This document shows, piece after piece, positions 24,240 through 36,409 of a stretch of DNA of 64,000 nucleotides. The position numbers and the translations under genes are program-made. Every line of letters begins with the position of its first letter. The stretch's first letter is position 1. Below the pieces are notes generated by a model. That model ran no database searches. It saw only the letters and a list, made by a program, of their open reading frames with translations, and had not been told where the DNA came from. Source of the DNA: Emiliania huxleyi CCMP1516 (lineage: Eukaryota); the NCBI RefSeq assembly GCF_000372725.1, contig NW_005201154.1:180843-244842 (forward strand), in the 5' to 3' direction.

Positions 24240-25705
24240 ATGTCCACCCGCCGCGCCGCCGCTCGCGCACCCTCGCCTCCGCCGCCGCCGCCGCCCCCTC
24301 GCCAGTCGCGCCGCCGCCCGCCCGGCTCCTCGACCTCCCCAGGGAGCTCCTCGAGCGCGCCCTCTCCCGCTTCGACAGCCCCGCCGACATCGCTCGCGCC
24401 GCGGCCGTCTCGCTGCTCTTCCACGCCTCGCTAGCGGAGCAGGGCATCCGCTTGTGGGCGCAAGAGCGCGGCTTCGAGCTGCCGCCGCAGCCGGAGGGCG
24501 AGAGCTGCGCCGTGCGGTGGCTGTGCTTCGCCGCGCTCCTGCGCAAGGCCAACCCGCCGGCGAGGGTGTCCGCAGGCGAACGGCACAGCGTCTTCATCGA
24601 CGGCAAGGGGCAGCTCTCGTCGTGCGGGTCAGCGGCAACGGAGGGGGAGGAGGAGGAGGAGGAGGACGAGGAGGAATTACCAGGCCTTCTCGGCCACGGC
24701 GAGGGCGTGACGCGGCTCAACACGCCGACCCGCCTCCCGTCAACGCTGGGTGACGAGCGCGCCGTGAGCGTGTCGGCTGGAGATGGCCACAGCCTCGCCC
24801 TCACCGCCGACGGCGCCGTCTGGAGTTGGGGCGGTGGAGTTTTTGGCAAGTTGGGCCACGGCGACCACGAGACGCAGCTGCTGCCGAAGAGGATCGAGGC
24901 CTTGGCGGGGCGGCGCGTCATCGCTGTGTCGGCTGGAGGCATGCACAGCCTCGCCGTCACCGCCGACGGCAGTGTCTGGAGCTGGGGCCGCGGAGTCTAC
25001 GGCCGGCTGGGCCACGGCGACTATCAGAACACGCTGCTGCCCGAGAAGATCGAGGCCTTGGCTGGCCATCAAGTTGTCGCTGTCTCGGCTGGACTTCACC
25101 ACAGCATCGCCCTTACCATCGACGGCGGCGTCTGGAGCTGGGGCTCTGGAGGCGAAGGCCAGCTTGGCCACGGCGAGTCGCGGAATTGTCAGCTGCTGCC
25201 GAAGAAGGTCGAGGCCTTCGCTGAGCGGCGCGTCGTCGCTGTCTCGGCTGGAGACTTCCACAGCCTCGCCATCACCGCCGACGGCTCTGCTTGGAGCTGG
25301 GGCCATGGATACTCTGGCCAGCTGGGCCACGGCCACTGGCAGCAGCAGCTACTGCCAAAGAAGGTTGAGGCGTTCGCTGGGCGGCGCCTCGTCGCTGTGT
25401 CGGCGGGAGGCGAACACAGCCTCGCCCTCACCGCGGACAGCAGCGTCTGGAGCTGGGGCAGTGGATTGTCGGGCAAGTCGGGCCACGGTGACGAGCAGAA
25501 CCAGCTGCTGCCCAAGAAGATCGAGGCCTTGGCTGGCCAGCGCGTCGTCGCTGTGTTGGCTGGACTCGACCACAGCCTCGCCATCACCGCCGACGACGCT
25601 GTTCATGCTTGGGGCAAGGGCGAGAGCGGCTGCCTTGGCCACGGAGAGGACCTGTCGACCCAGCTGCTGCCCAAGAAGGTCGAGGCGTGGTCGCCGGCGC
25701 CGTGA
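24240..25705 (+). CDS. F-box-like + RCC1-repeat protein, intronless; ATG is out of frame with the main ORF (frameshift near 24270)
   Basis: About 6-7 RCC1 repeats (VSAG..HSLALTADG.VWSWG.G..G.LGHGD). Upstream in frame is LLDLPRELLERALSRFD. Confidence 0.85.
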
Positions 25706-26203
25706 GAAAGCCCGCGCAGTTGGACAAGGAGGGGGTGGCCCGGCTTCCGCCGCGGGCTCAACGAGGAGAGGATTTGGCTCGGCGTCACGGCGGGGCGAGC
25801 CCGAGGGTGGGCGCGGCGGCGGCGGTGGTGGCGAAAGCCGCGGCGGCGGCGCGGAGGAGGCCGCGGCCGCTATGGAGGCGGGAGAGGACCGGTGAGATCA
25901 TGTGTGTGGCTGCGTTGGCTCTTGTGCGTGCCTTGGCTCTTGTGCGTGCCGCCGTGCGAAGAGGCTCTTGGCAGAGAGAGGCTACTCCAGAGGCTTCTGT
26001 AGTCGCGAGTTTGTGTGTGTTCGCGCGCCTTGCGAGTCTTGTATGTATGTCTGTAGGAAGGTGAAGAACAGTCGTCCGTTTGACGGAGTCTTACTAAAAA
26101 GAAAAACCAGCGGAAAAAGATATTCGCGCAGCCAGCGCTGCTCTGGCGCTGCTGCCCGGTCATCATCGCGCGCCGCGCTGCCGCGCGCTGGGCGCGCTCA
26201 GCA

Positions 26204-27610
26204 ATGGGCCTCCGAGGGAGCGATCGCGTCACCAAGGTGTGTCGTCTCCTCGGCGTTGCGGTGGTGACGCTGACGATGCTTCACGCCGCCAGCAAGCCGG
26301 AGCCGGTTCGCCGCCCGGCGCCGACCATGCTGGAGCACCGGCGCCGCGTGAGCGGCGCCACGTACGCGGCGCGGATACCCCGCGTCGTGCACCAGACGTG
26401 GATGTCCCGCCAGCTGCCTCGCGGCCTCGCCGACTGCGTGCAGACGTGGGTCAAGTCCGGTTGGGAGTGGCGGCTGCACACGGACGCTGACAACTTGGAG
26501 CTCGTCAACGGGTCCTACCCCGCGCTGTTGTCGCTGTACATGTCGCTCCCGCCCGTCGCGCAGGCCGACATCGCGCGCCTCCTCTACATGCACAAGTGGG
26601 GAGGCGCGCGCCGCGGGAACCCGACGCCCGCCGTGCTCGGGACGCCGCGAGCAACACTTCTGTGCAAGGCTTGGTCTAGGCGTGTACGCCGACCTGGACG
26701 TGTGCCGCCTCGAGCCGCTGGACCCGCTGCTCGAGGCGGCGGCCAGCGGCGCAGTGCCATTCGGCGACGGAGGCGGCGACGGAGGCGGAGGCGGCGGCGG
26801 CGCAGGAGGAGGAGGAGGAGGCGGCGGCGGCGGCGGTGGAGCACGAGGCGGCGGGGGCGGGCGGAGCTGCGTGCTCCTTGGGCAAGAGCCGCTCGAGCAC
26901 GCGGTGCTCGTCGAGGGGGTGGGCGAGGACACGTCCAGGACATGGACGCGTCGATGACATGTCCGAGACATGTCTTCAGGTGCTCGTCGAGGGGGTGGCG
27001 AGGCAGGTCTGCAACGCCCTCCTCGTCTCGGAGGCGGGGCACCCCTTCTGGCTCGTCGCGCTCGACGAGGTCGCGGCCCGCTTCCTGCGCGGCGGGGGCG
27101 ACGACCCGGTCGACCTCCACTTGCCCCATGCTCTTCTCGGACCCTTCTCGGACCCTTCCTGGAGCCTTCCTGCAGGTCTACCTCACCGGCCCACGCATGC
27201 TCGAGGCTGCCGTTGTCCGGTGGCACGCCGCTGCGGCTAGGGCGGCCTCCTCTCGCCTCCGCCGCCCTCGGCGCGGAGCCTTCTCGGAGCCTTCCTCGAA
27301 CCTTCCTGTAGGCGGCCTCCTCTCGCCTCCGCCGCCTGGACCCTCGGCCGCCGCGCGAGGACGACGAGGCCCGCCAGCCGCCTTCCCTGTGCATGAGCCG
27401 TCTCGACACCTTGCCCCTGTAGGCTCGTTCGCCCCGCGAGGGCTCCTGCGCGGACTCCGCCGCCGCCGCAGGCTCGCGGCGGCGTGCCCTCTACTTGCGC
27501 AGAGCAAGGGCAAGGGCTGTCCACGAGCCTTCTCCGTACCTTGCTGCAGGCTGCGCCGCGGCAGATGGTGTCGCCGCAGTGGGAAGTCTCCTCTTCCTCC
27601 TCCGCTCTAA
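26204..27610 (+). CDS. Glycosyltransferase family 32 (DXD, OCH1-like), multi-exon; 3' end uncertain
   Basis: N-terminal TM segment, IPRVVHQTW, ADIARLLYMHKWGG|VYADLD, NALLVSEAGHPFW and YLTGPRML. Confidence 0.85.
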   Translation: MGLRGSDRVTKVCRLLGVAVVTLTMLHAASKPEPVRRPAPTMLEHRRRVSGATYAARIPRVVHQTWMSRQLPRGLADCVQTWVKSGWEWRLHTDADNLELVNGSYPALLSLYMSLPPVAQADIARLLYMHKWGGARRGNPTPAVLGTPRATLLCKAWSRRVRRPGRVPPRAAGPAARGGGQRRSAIRRRRRRRRRRRRRRRRRRRRRRRRRWSTRRRGRAELRAPWARAARARGARRGGGRGHVQDMDASMTCPRHVFRCSSRGWRGRSATPSSSRRRGTPSGSSRSTRSRPASCAAGATTRSTSTCPMLFSDPSRTLPGAFLQVYLTGPRMLEAAVVRWHAAAARAASSRLRRPRRGAFSEPSSNLPVGGLLSPPPPGPSAAARGRRGPPAAFPVHEPSRHLAPVGSFAPRGLLRGLRRRRRLAAACPLLAQSKGKGCPRAFSVPCCRLRRGRWCRRSGKSPLPPPL

Positions 27611-29261
27611 CACCCGCTCTCCGCTCTAACTCGAGCCTCGCCACTCTCGGCCAGCTGGCCGCCGCGAGCAAGGAGCGAACCGATCCTCGTTCCTCCCGCC
27701 GCCGTTTCCCGCCGCCGCCGCCGCCACGGCCGCCGCGGCCGCCGCCGCCACTCTCCCGATTGCAGGGCTGGGTGCGCGGGCTGCAAGCGAGCGACTCGCC
27801 CTTCGCCTTGGCCGCGACGCCGCCGGAGGACGGGGCAAACCCCGGGGGTTTTTCTTGGGGGGGGGCGGTCCTCCCCCCGGGGGGGGGAAGGAACCCCCCC
27901 CCCAAAAAAAAACACCCCCCCAAAGCGGCAGGGACACAGGGAGAAATACCTTTAGGTCGGGGGGGCCCACCCCCTCTTTTCCGGGGGGGGAGCGGGAAAC
28001 CTTTGGCCCCCCCCCCCCCCCTTTTCAGGCGCCTTCTTCCCCTCCTACGACCCGATGCAGCAAGGCTCGCTCCGCGACAAGTGCTCGGCCCCGGAGACGC
28101 AGCCCCTCCCTCTGCGCTTCGGCTGGCTCGCGCCACACCTCCACGCCGCAGCTGCCGCCGTCTGCTCGCGCCTCGCGATGCGAAACTTCGCCGCCGCCGC
28201 GCCGCCGCCGCCGCCGGACGCGCAGGCGGCGGGAGCGGCGAGAGCGGCGCAGCGCGGGGCACGGCTGAGGGCCGGATCCGCTACCCTGAGTGTAGGCGGG
28301 TGTTGTGAGCGTGTTGGAGCGCTCCTTTGCGGACCACCGTTGGGCGCACACTTGGCTTGGCGAGCCGTGCGCGCGGGTTAGCGACGGGCCGCGCCAGGTG
28401 GCGGGCTCAGTGGGCCTCGGGTGCGCACGTAGGCGCGGAGCTGGTCAAGGTCGATCTGCGCGACACCATCGGCGTCGACGACAACGGCCGGTTTCGCCTT
28501 CCCGGCATAAACCCGAGGTAGCAGCGGGCGTGTGTGGAGAGGATCCGGGACTGTGTGCAGCTGGTTTGGTATCTTTATATTGTGTCGACGACACGACGTA
28601 AAAATACGGTAATATAGCGCATGTTGTGAGCTCTTCGCCCGTGTGTGCCGTGTGTGGGCGCTGGTGTGGGAAGACCCGGTCTCCTGCTACCCTCGGTCAT
28701 GTTCAGTGGCTCCCCCCGCGGCGCAGGATCCCAACCGCCACGAAGAGTGCGGCGACAGCGCCTACACTTGGTGGACAGGAAGCTCGGATAATGTAGGTGT
28801 AAAGCAGCGTGATGGGCGCAATGAAACCGGCGACAGCAGTGTACATGGGCGGCATTTCGCCTACCTTGATGATGGCTCGTCTCGCGACTGTGCCGCGAGA
28901 AGAGAGGTGGGGTGAGTGTGTGGGCGGGGATGGCGAGGGATGTGTGGTACGGCGGCCGAGAAGGCGCAGAGGGTAGCAGCAGCACGGCGCCCGCTCGCCT
29001 GTGAGCTGTGTCGTTGAAAAAGAATTGGAGAAAAAATAATTTTTGTAAAATCCGTGTGTGGTGGCGGCATACCGTCCTCCCATCCCTCCCCTGCGTTCTC
29101 TGTTTTCTTTCTTTGAGAATTTTGCCACCGGGGATCCCACCGGGCACGGGGCTGAGCCTGCCGTGCTCGATCTGGGAGCCACTCGGCGCCAGTTCGAGCG
29201 GCGGTCGGCTCGGCCACTGCGGGGCGACGCATGATAGAGCATGCTTGCTGGGCGCCGCATC

Positions 29262-30023
29262 ATGTACTACCGCTCCAAGGTGCAGGCCGAGATGCAGGCG
29301 TCCAAGGCCGTCGAGGTCGAGCTGCGCGAGCGCCTCGAGAGCCTCATCGCGAACCTTACAAAGGCGCAGGCAGACGAGGCGGAGACCCGCGAGATCGCGT
29401 CGCGCGCGATGCAGGGGGCGGTGCAGTCCCAGACGGAGGTGCTGGCGGCGGCAGAGGCGCTTGACAAGGTGCTCGACGAGAAGCACTACGCCATGGTCAC
29501 GGAGGCGCACGAGCAGCACCTCAAGGCAATGGACGAGGTCCAGCGGGCGCGCGCCGAGGCGACCACCGCGGTCAAGGCGGCCTCCGAGGCCAAGGAGATG
29601 GCAGAGGCCGCAGAGATCGATCAGGCGGCGGTCTCGGCGGAGCTTGCTGCGGCGGAGCAGAACACGCGCATCCTCGAGGAGAAGCTGACGGAGCTGAACA
29701 CGCGCGTCGACACCGTCGAGGCGGTGGAGGAGTGCCACGCCGCCGACATCCAGGCGGTGGCGAAGTGCGTGGACACGCTGGCCACCATCCCGGCGTCGTA
29801 TCGCGCGACTGTGGAGCAGGAGGTCGAGGCGTGCGACAAGCGCTGGCGAGAGTCGGTCAAGGCGCGCGAGGCGCACTTCCGAAAGGCGATCCAGGCGCGC
29901 GAGGCGCACTTCCGAAAGGCGATCCAGGCGCGCGACGAGCGCATCAAGGCGCTGGAGATCGAGCTGAACGGCATGCGCAAGCGCGGCCTAGCGAGCAACG
30001 CCCCCGTCGTCAACCGCATGTAA
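29262..30023 (+). CDS. Intronless coiled-coil hypothetical protein
   Basis: Open ORF rich in E/A/K/R heptads, with a 33-bp internal tandem duplication (QAREAHFRKAI). Confidence 0.6.
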   Translation: MYYRSKVQAEMQASKAVEVELRERLESLIANLTKAQADEAETREIASRAMQGAVQSQTEVLAAAEALDKVLDEKHYAMVTEAHEQHLKAMDEVQRARAEATTAVKAASEAKEMAEAAEIDQAAVSAELAAAEQNTRILEEKLTELNTRVDTVEAVEECHAADIQAVAKCVDTLATIPASYRATVEQEVEACDKRWRESVKAREAHFRKAIQAREAHFRKAIQARDERIKALEIELNGMRKRGLASNAPVVNRM

Positions 30024-30453
30024 GATTCCAGTACCGCGGCGTCGGCACCAGCACGGTCCGCCGCTGCCTCCACTCTCCCTCCACGATCCTCACCACCCGC
30101 GCGCGCGAGATTGCCCTTGCTCACGCCCCGCCCTCCCGCCCTCGTACAGGCAGGCGTCGACCGACGGGACTTGCGCTGTGGAGGCTTGGTTGGGCAGGGG
30201 GCGGAGACGACGAACTTAAGCGCGACTGTGTGTCGTGAACGCACGTACACATGGTGCGCACCGGGGAGAGGGGCGCGAGCGAGTGTGCATGCAGCATGGA
30301 AGAGTCACAGTGGGCGTGTCCTGTCTGCTCAAGCGTCCGGAACGCGAAGGTTTTAAAATGGGAATTCAGCGGCTAGAGGCTGCTAGCGCGTATTTTTAGC
30401 CGTGACACAACACGCCCGTGTGCGAGTGCGGTGAAGTCCCTGTGTCGGCAGCG

Positions 30454-30770
30454 CTAGCTCACCGCGCCCAGCTCCTTCATCGTCGCCATAAAGTCGTTGT
30501 AGTCGGGCGCATCCTCCGCCTCCGCCTCCGCCTTGTAGTAGCCCACGCCCTCCGACCCAACCAGCCGGAACTCGTAGCCGGGCAGGTCCATCACGCGCTC
30601 CGGGCACGCGACAAACTCGGCGCCCGCCGCGCTCGCCCGCTGCAGCACCATGCGCGAGTACTCGCGCCCGTCCGGCGGCGGCGCGTCCGGCCGGCGGTAG
30701 TAGCCGGTCCCGTCGGGGCCGCCGCGAAAATCGTACCCCGCCACGTCGCCCACGTGCTCCGGGCAGAGGG
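30454..30770 (-). CDS. Small protein or terminal exon with two GY.F..G..G.GYY motifs
   Basis: GYDFRGGPDGTGYY and GYEFRLVGSEGVGYY; start not resolved. Confidence 0.55.
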
Positions 30771-31076
30771 CTGCAGGCCCACAAGCGGAGGAGCCAGCAG
30801 GCAGGGTCCTCGCGGCAGGAAGGCGTGCGGGCGAAGGTCGGAGCTTCCGAGGAGCCGCGGGCCTCCACGCCTAGGCTAGGCGTTCTCGCGGCTGGTTCAC
30901 TCCCGCCCCGACGTACAACTCGCTGTGCTCTGAGATCCGAGAGGGCAAAAGAGAAAATAGTTGGCGATCGATGCCGAAACCTCGCGCGCGGCAGCGCGCA
31001 AGGCGAAAATTCCAGCGGCGAGCAGTTCGGTGTGGCCTCTCGGACCATAACACCGTGGAGCGTGGAGATCCGGGAC

Positions 31077-31206
31077 GGCTCTCTCATAGCAGCCCATAAC
31101 ATGTTATGGGTGTTATGTGGCCGGCCCCATAAGCATAACACCCATAGGACACCCATATAACACCCATAACATGTACACATGTTATGGGCTGCTATGCCCC
31201 GAGAGC
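31077..31206. repeat. AT-richer foldback/MITE-like element
   Basis: CATAGCAGCCCATAACATGT (31085-31104) is inverted at 31177-31196. Internal CCCATAAC repeats. Confidence 0.65.
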
Positions 31207-31608
31207 CATATAACACCATAACAATATAACTGTGAGTGGGGTGCAACACTCGGGAGGTTAGATCTCTAGAGTCTAGTCACACACTGTCACTGAGAGCCTC
31301 CCGCGCGGCGTCTCGCCCGTCTGCTGCTGTCCGTGCACGTGTCTCGTGTGGCCCTGCTGCTGCTCGCTGCCTTGGCGGTTTATGTAAGACATCATTGATC
31401 GTACAGACGGGGACAATGCGCGGAACACAACTTCAAGCAGCAACCACGCGAACCAAATCCAAAGAGTGTGAGATCGGGGGCGCGAAAGGGGGTGCTCTAC
31501 TGTATTAGGGGGCGGCACGCGGCGATCACTCGGGAGCGACACAGCGAGCCGCTGCGCCCGAACGACAGCTGCACGCCCCGCCATGCACCGGCGGATCGCT
31601 GTGCGGCC

Positions 31609-34600
31609 TCACTGCTGCCGTTGGCGCGGCGCGCACTGCACGATATCGTCGACGCGCAGGATCATCTCGGCCGCCTCGGAGGAGGAGAGGAGCACCTGCT
31701 CCTTGACCTGCGGCGGGAGACGTGCCGAGATTGAGCCGCGATTGAGCCGAGATTGAGCCGAGATGAGCTGTGCCCCCGCCCAGGCCTGCAGCGACTCGCA
31801 GATGCCGAGGGCAACCATGTCGCCCAGCCCGCCGCGGTCCATCTCGAGGCCCCACGTGTGGCGCCCCTCGTGGTGCTTCGCCTGCTCCTCACACAGGTCC
31901 AGCCGTGAAGAGACGCCGGAAGGTGCGCTGCACCCCCCCCCCCCCCCTTCTCGGTGGCTCGCCTTGAGGCCGGCGCACAGCTCAGTCGAGTCGTAGCCCG
32001 CGTTGTCCGCGATGTGCATCGGCATCGTGCGCAGCGCCTTTGCGTACGCCTCCATCGCAACGACGTGCTTCGAGGCGACCCGCTTCGACTCCTCCTCCAC
32101 CGCCTGCGCCATCAGCATCTCTGGCGCGCCTCCGCCCGGCAGCACGGCCGTATTCTTGACCTGTTCACACCCTGCAGGTGTGAGCAGCGTCTCTTCACAG
32201 CGGCAGCACGGCCGTGTTCTTGACCGTCTGCGAGAGGACGCAGAGCGCGTCGTGCAGCGAGCGGTGCGCCTCGTCCACCACCAGATCAATTAATATTTAA
32301 TTAGTAGTTAATTATAGTTAATTAACAGTGCGCCTCGTCCACCACGTGCGTGTTGGCGCCGCGCAGCACGATCGACGAAGCCTGTGAGTTTGGGCAGCCA
32401 GAGAAGCGGACCAGCTTGTCCTCCCCAATCATCACTTCCTCGATGAGCTCGCACGAACCTACGCGCTGAATACGCCGACCTCAGGGCGGGAAGACAATAT
32501 TGTGCAGTGTGTTCAGAGCACCGCGTGAGTACAACGGAGAGGGAGACAGTGAATACAGCGGAGTACGGCCGAATACGGCTGAGTGCGTGTCCTCTCGAGC
32601 GCTGGTTGGGAGACAAGAGCCCGTCTTCCGCTTCTGGGCGCACGAGCCGAGCTTGACGCGCTCGGGCGTGTCGAAGGTCGAGACGATGTCGCCGTCGAGC
32701 ACGAGCGCGAGCCGCTCGGTGCCGTCAAAGTCCGAGTGCTCGATCGACCTACAGGAAGGTTCCAGGAAAGGTCTAGGAAAGGTCCTCGCGGTGCCGTCAA
32801 AGTCCGAGTGCTCGATCGACATGACTCCCGCGTCGGCGAAGCGCTGCTCGGGCAGGTTGTAGATGAGCTGCCTGTGGGGGGAGATATGGGGAGATATGGA
32901 GGTTGTAGATGAGCTGCCTGCTCTCGTCGGGGGAAGGAGCGAGTGGCCACTCTGAAGGCAGAAGGCGCCGCCAGAAGCGAGGAGCGGGCTGTAGCCGCCG
33001 GTGAAGAGACGTCTCGCCTCTCGGCTACACCCCCCGCCCTCTCTGTGCTACAGCTGCACCGGTTGATGAAGACGTTGCACCCGTGGGCGAGTATCTTGTC
33101 CACCTGGGCGAGAGAGTGGGGAGAGGTGGGGAGAGAGTGGGGAGAGAGGGGGCGAGGACCCTGTCCACACCTTGTCGAGCATCTTCTTCTTCTCGGCCGC
33201 CTCGATCTCCGCGACCTTGGAGACGGAGTCCACCTTGACCTTGGAGCCGTAGATCTTGACTTTGTCCGTGTCCATCGGCGAGTTGGCAATCATCACCTTG
33301 CAGTCGCGCATCCGCTTGGGGCAGCCGACGCCGATCTTCTTGTCGAGCAGGAAGCCTATAATTAATTACTATAATTAACTACTAATTAAATATTAATTGA
33401 TCTTCTTGTCGAGCAGGAAGCCGTCGGGGTCGAGGTACGAGTCCTTGAGCGTGCCTGGGAGAGGGGGAGGGAGGGGGAGGGAGGGGGAGATGGGAAGCCG
33501 TCGGGGTCGAGGGACGGGAGTCCTTGAGCGTGCCTGCAGCCGAGACATGGCCGAGGTGCGGCCGAGGTGCGGCCGAGGTGCGGCCGAGACATGGCCGAGG
33601 TGCGGCCGAGGTGCGGCCGAGGTGCGGCCGAGGTGCGGCCGAGACATGGCCGAGGTGCGGCCGAGGTGCGGCCGAGGTGCGGCCGAGGTGCGGCCGAGGT
33701 GCAGCCGAGGTGCAGCCGAGATGCGGCCAAGAGCATGGCCGAGAGACATGGCCGAGAGACATGGCCGAGAAGGTGCGGGCCGAGGGGCGGGTCGTGGTGG
33801 AGCGTGCCTCCTATCCGCTTGATGATTTGGATCTGGTCGAGGTTGGTCGAGCCTCGCAGCTTCATCACCGCGTCGACGGCGATGGCGGCGAAGTGCTCCT
33901 TGTCCTGAGAGAGCACCTTGGACGAGAGAGTTGTCATCGCGATGTTGAGGAGGTCTTGCCGGAAGGCAGCCTGCAGCACACGCAGAGACGGAGAGTCACG
34001 AGACCTCGCCCCTCCCCCCCCCCCTCCCCTTGCCGCAAGGATCCCGCGCGGCACGCCTCGTCGTCCGAGTGGTCGATCGTATCTCCCCATATCTCCCCGT
34101 ATCTCCCCGTATCTCCCCATATCTCCCCATATCTCCCGCCTCGTCGTCCGAGTGGTCGATCGCCGCGGCGCGCAGCGCCTTGAGGGCAGCGTCCCTCGCG
34201 AGCCGGTAGCCTCCGATGACGACCTGTCGAGGGACGTGCCGAGGGACACGTGTCGTGGAGATGTCGTGGAGATGTCGTGGAGATGTCGTGGAGATGTCGT
34301 GGAGATGTCGTGGAGATGTCGTGGAGATGTCGTGGAGATGTCGTGGCGCCGCTCGACGAGGCGGGCGGGGGGCGGGGGCGGGGGGAGGGGGGAGGGGGGA
34401 AGGGGGGGGGGGGGGGGCTGCCTGCGGGTGCATCTTCTTCTCGATGAGCTCGGCCGCCTGGCGGAGCAGCTCCCCCGCCAGCACGCAGACTGAGGTGGTC
34501 CCGTCGCCGACCTCGTCGTCCTGCACCTTTGAGATGTCGATGAGCACCTAGAGACATGTCCCGGACATGTCATGGGCGTGTCCTGGACATCCTGCACCTT

Positions 34601-35241
34601 TGAGATGTCGATGAGCACCTTTGCGGCGGGGTTGTCGATGAGCACCGACTTGAGGATCGTCGCGCCGTCGTTTGTGACCGAGACCGACCCGCCGCGCGAG
34701 TGCGACTGCAGGATCTTGTCCATCCCTTTCGGACCGAGCGACGTCTTGACAAGGTCGGCGATGGCGAGCGCCCCGACGATGGAGGACTGCGAGGGGGAGA
34801 TATGGGGGGAGATTTGGAGGACGGCGAGACGAGGCGTGCGCAGGAGGCGTGCGAGGCGAGGCGAGGGCAGAGATGGCCCACACGCGTGCGCAGCGAGGCG
34901 AGAACAGAGGCGTGGCGGCGGGGGCAGGAGGCAGGAGACGTAGGCAGGAGATGTGCAGGCGGCGGGAGAAGGCAGAGAGGGGTGGGCAGACGGCGGGGGT
35001 CGCCGGGACGGGCGGGAGGAGCGCGGGTCGTCGGGAGAGGACGTGAGGCCAGGCCGGCCCGCCCACGCGAGCCACCTCGACGTGAGAGCCTTGGCGGGCG
35101 GCAAGGCGGCAGGCGGCGGGCGAGTGGCGTGAGAGTGGGAGGAGTAGAGGCGACTGTGCGCACCATGCGGGCTTGCTCGCCCTTGGCCTCCTGCGAGCCC
35201 TCTCCGAAGAGGTTCACCGGTCCAAGCGAAGGGCCCATCAT
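31609..35241 (-). CDS. CCT2: T-complex protein 1 subunit beta (CCT chaperonin), more than 12 introns
   Basis: [70 protein letters not shown] and [19 protein letters not shown]. Confidence 0.97.
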
Positions 35242-35544
35242 GGCTGAGATGCAGGCTTCTCTGCGAGTGCGAGCGGGCGAAGCAGAGGGATCAGCCGTCT
35301 CTCCGTGCCGAGCAGGTCGGCGAGGTGGTGTCGGCCGAGGTGGTGTCGGCCGAGGTGTTCGGCGAAACAGAGGGCCAGCCGCACAAAATGGCGCAGACTA
35401 GGGCGGGGAGCGCGGAGGAGGGCCGAGAGCGTTGCACTGCCTGCAACGCTTGTTGGCGCGAGCCTCGAGACGCGGTCGGCTTTCTTTTGGCCCGGTGTAC
35501 CTGAAAAGTCAAGAGCGGACACACACACACACACACCGATTTAG

Positions 35545-35740
35545 TGATCTCGGATAATCTCGGGTGATCTCGGGTGTTTTCGGGTAATCTAGGGTAATCT
35601 AGGGTGATATCGGGTGATCACGGGTAATATTGGTTAATTATCTCGGGTTATCTCGGGTAACGCCGGGTCATCTCGGGTCATCTCGGGTAATATTGGATCT
35701 TGCGTAGTCGGTACACACACACTCACATACACACACACAA

Positions 35741-35826
<86 letters not shown>

Positions 35827-35902
35827 GCGCGCGCACACACACACATTATTAGTAATCTCGGGTAATCTCGGGTAATCTCGGGTGATCAGAAGTAATCTCG
35901 GT
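35545..35902. repeat. 10-bp tandem repeat (ATCTCGGGTR) flanking a (CA)n microsatellite
   Basis: Directly visible. Confidence 0.9.
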
Positions 35903-36409
35903 CCTCGACTACGGCCATTCGTTAGTATTACAGGAGCGGCGAAAGGCGCGGGCGGCGCGTGGACGAGCGGGCCCTGTGACCGCACACACACTCACACACA
36001 CACACTGGCCGCGCTCTTCACAGGTTCACCCTCTTGGTTTCTTGCCGTCGTCCCTGGGCATCCCAGCGGGTCCCCAAGGACTCGAGTAGGTGTGGGGATT
36101 TCATAGATAGGGATAAGAAACAAGATCAAGAAGCGCGCACATCGCAGACAGTGAGGGTGTGAGAGGCGGACTGTCAGGAGACGGAGCACGGCGCGGCGGA
36201 GCTGTATAGGTCACTGGAGACCCACACCCATCGCTACATCACCCCACAACCACCAAGTGCAAGTCGGACACAAGAGTCAAGACCACGTTTTTGGCACCCT
36301 CCTGCCAGCCGCGCATGAGTAGGGAGACCGTGTGCGGTGTCTTCGCGGCCTAGAGCACCCTCTTGGCAGTCTATATTCCGGATTTTAGCCCTCATGTCGC
36401 ATCTGCACC

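Noticed and set aside
27790..28030. Homopolymer-rich stretch with ORFs
   Set aside because: Same low-quality signature; no credible coding motif.
28045..28521. Possible small two-exon gene (MRNFAAAA...DTIGVDDNGRFRLPGINPR)
   Set aside because: No recognisable family, and the splice structure could not be established.
33540..33770. Regular short repeats that might suggest a CRISPR array
   Set aside because: Contiguous 11-bp units without unique spacers, inside a eukaryotic intron, and no cas genes.
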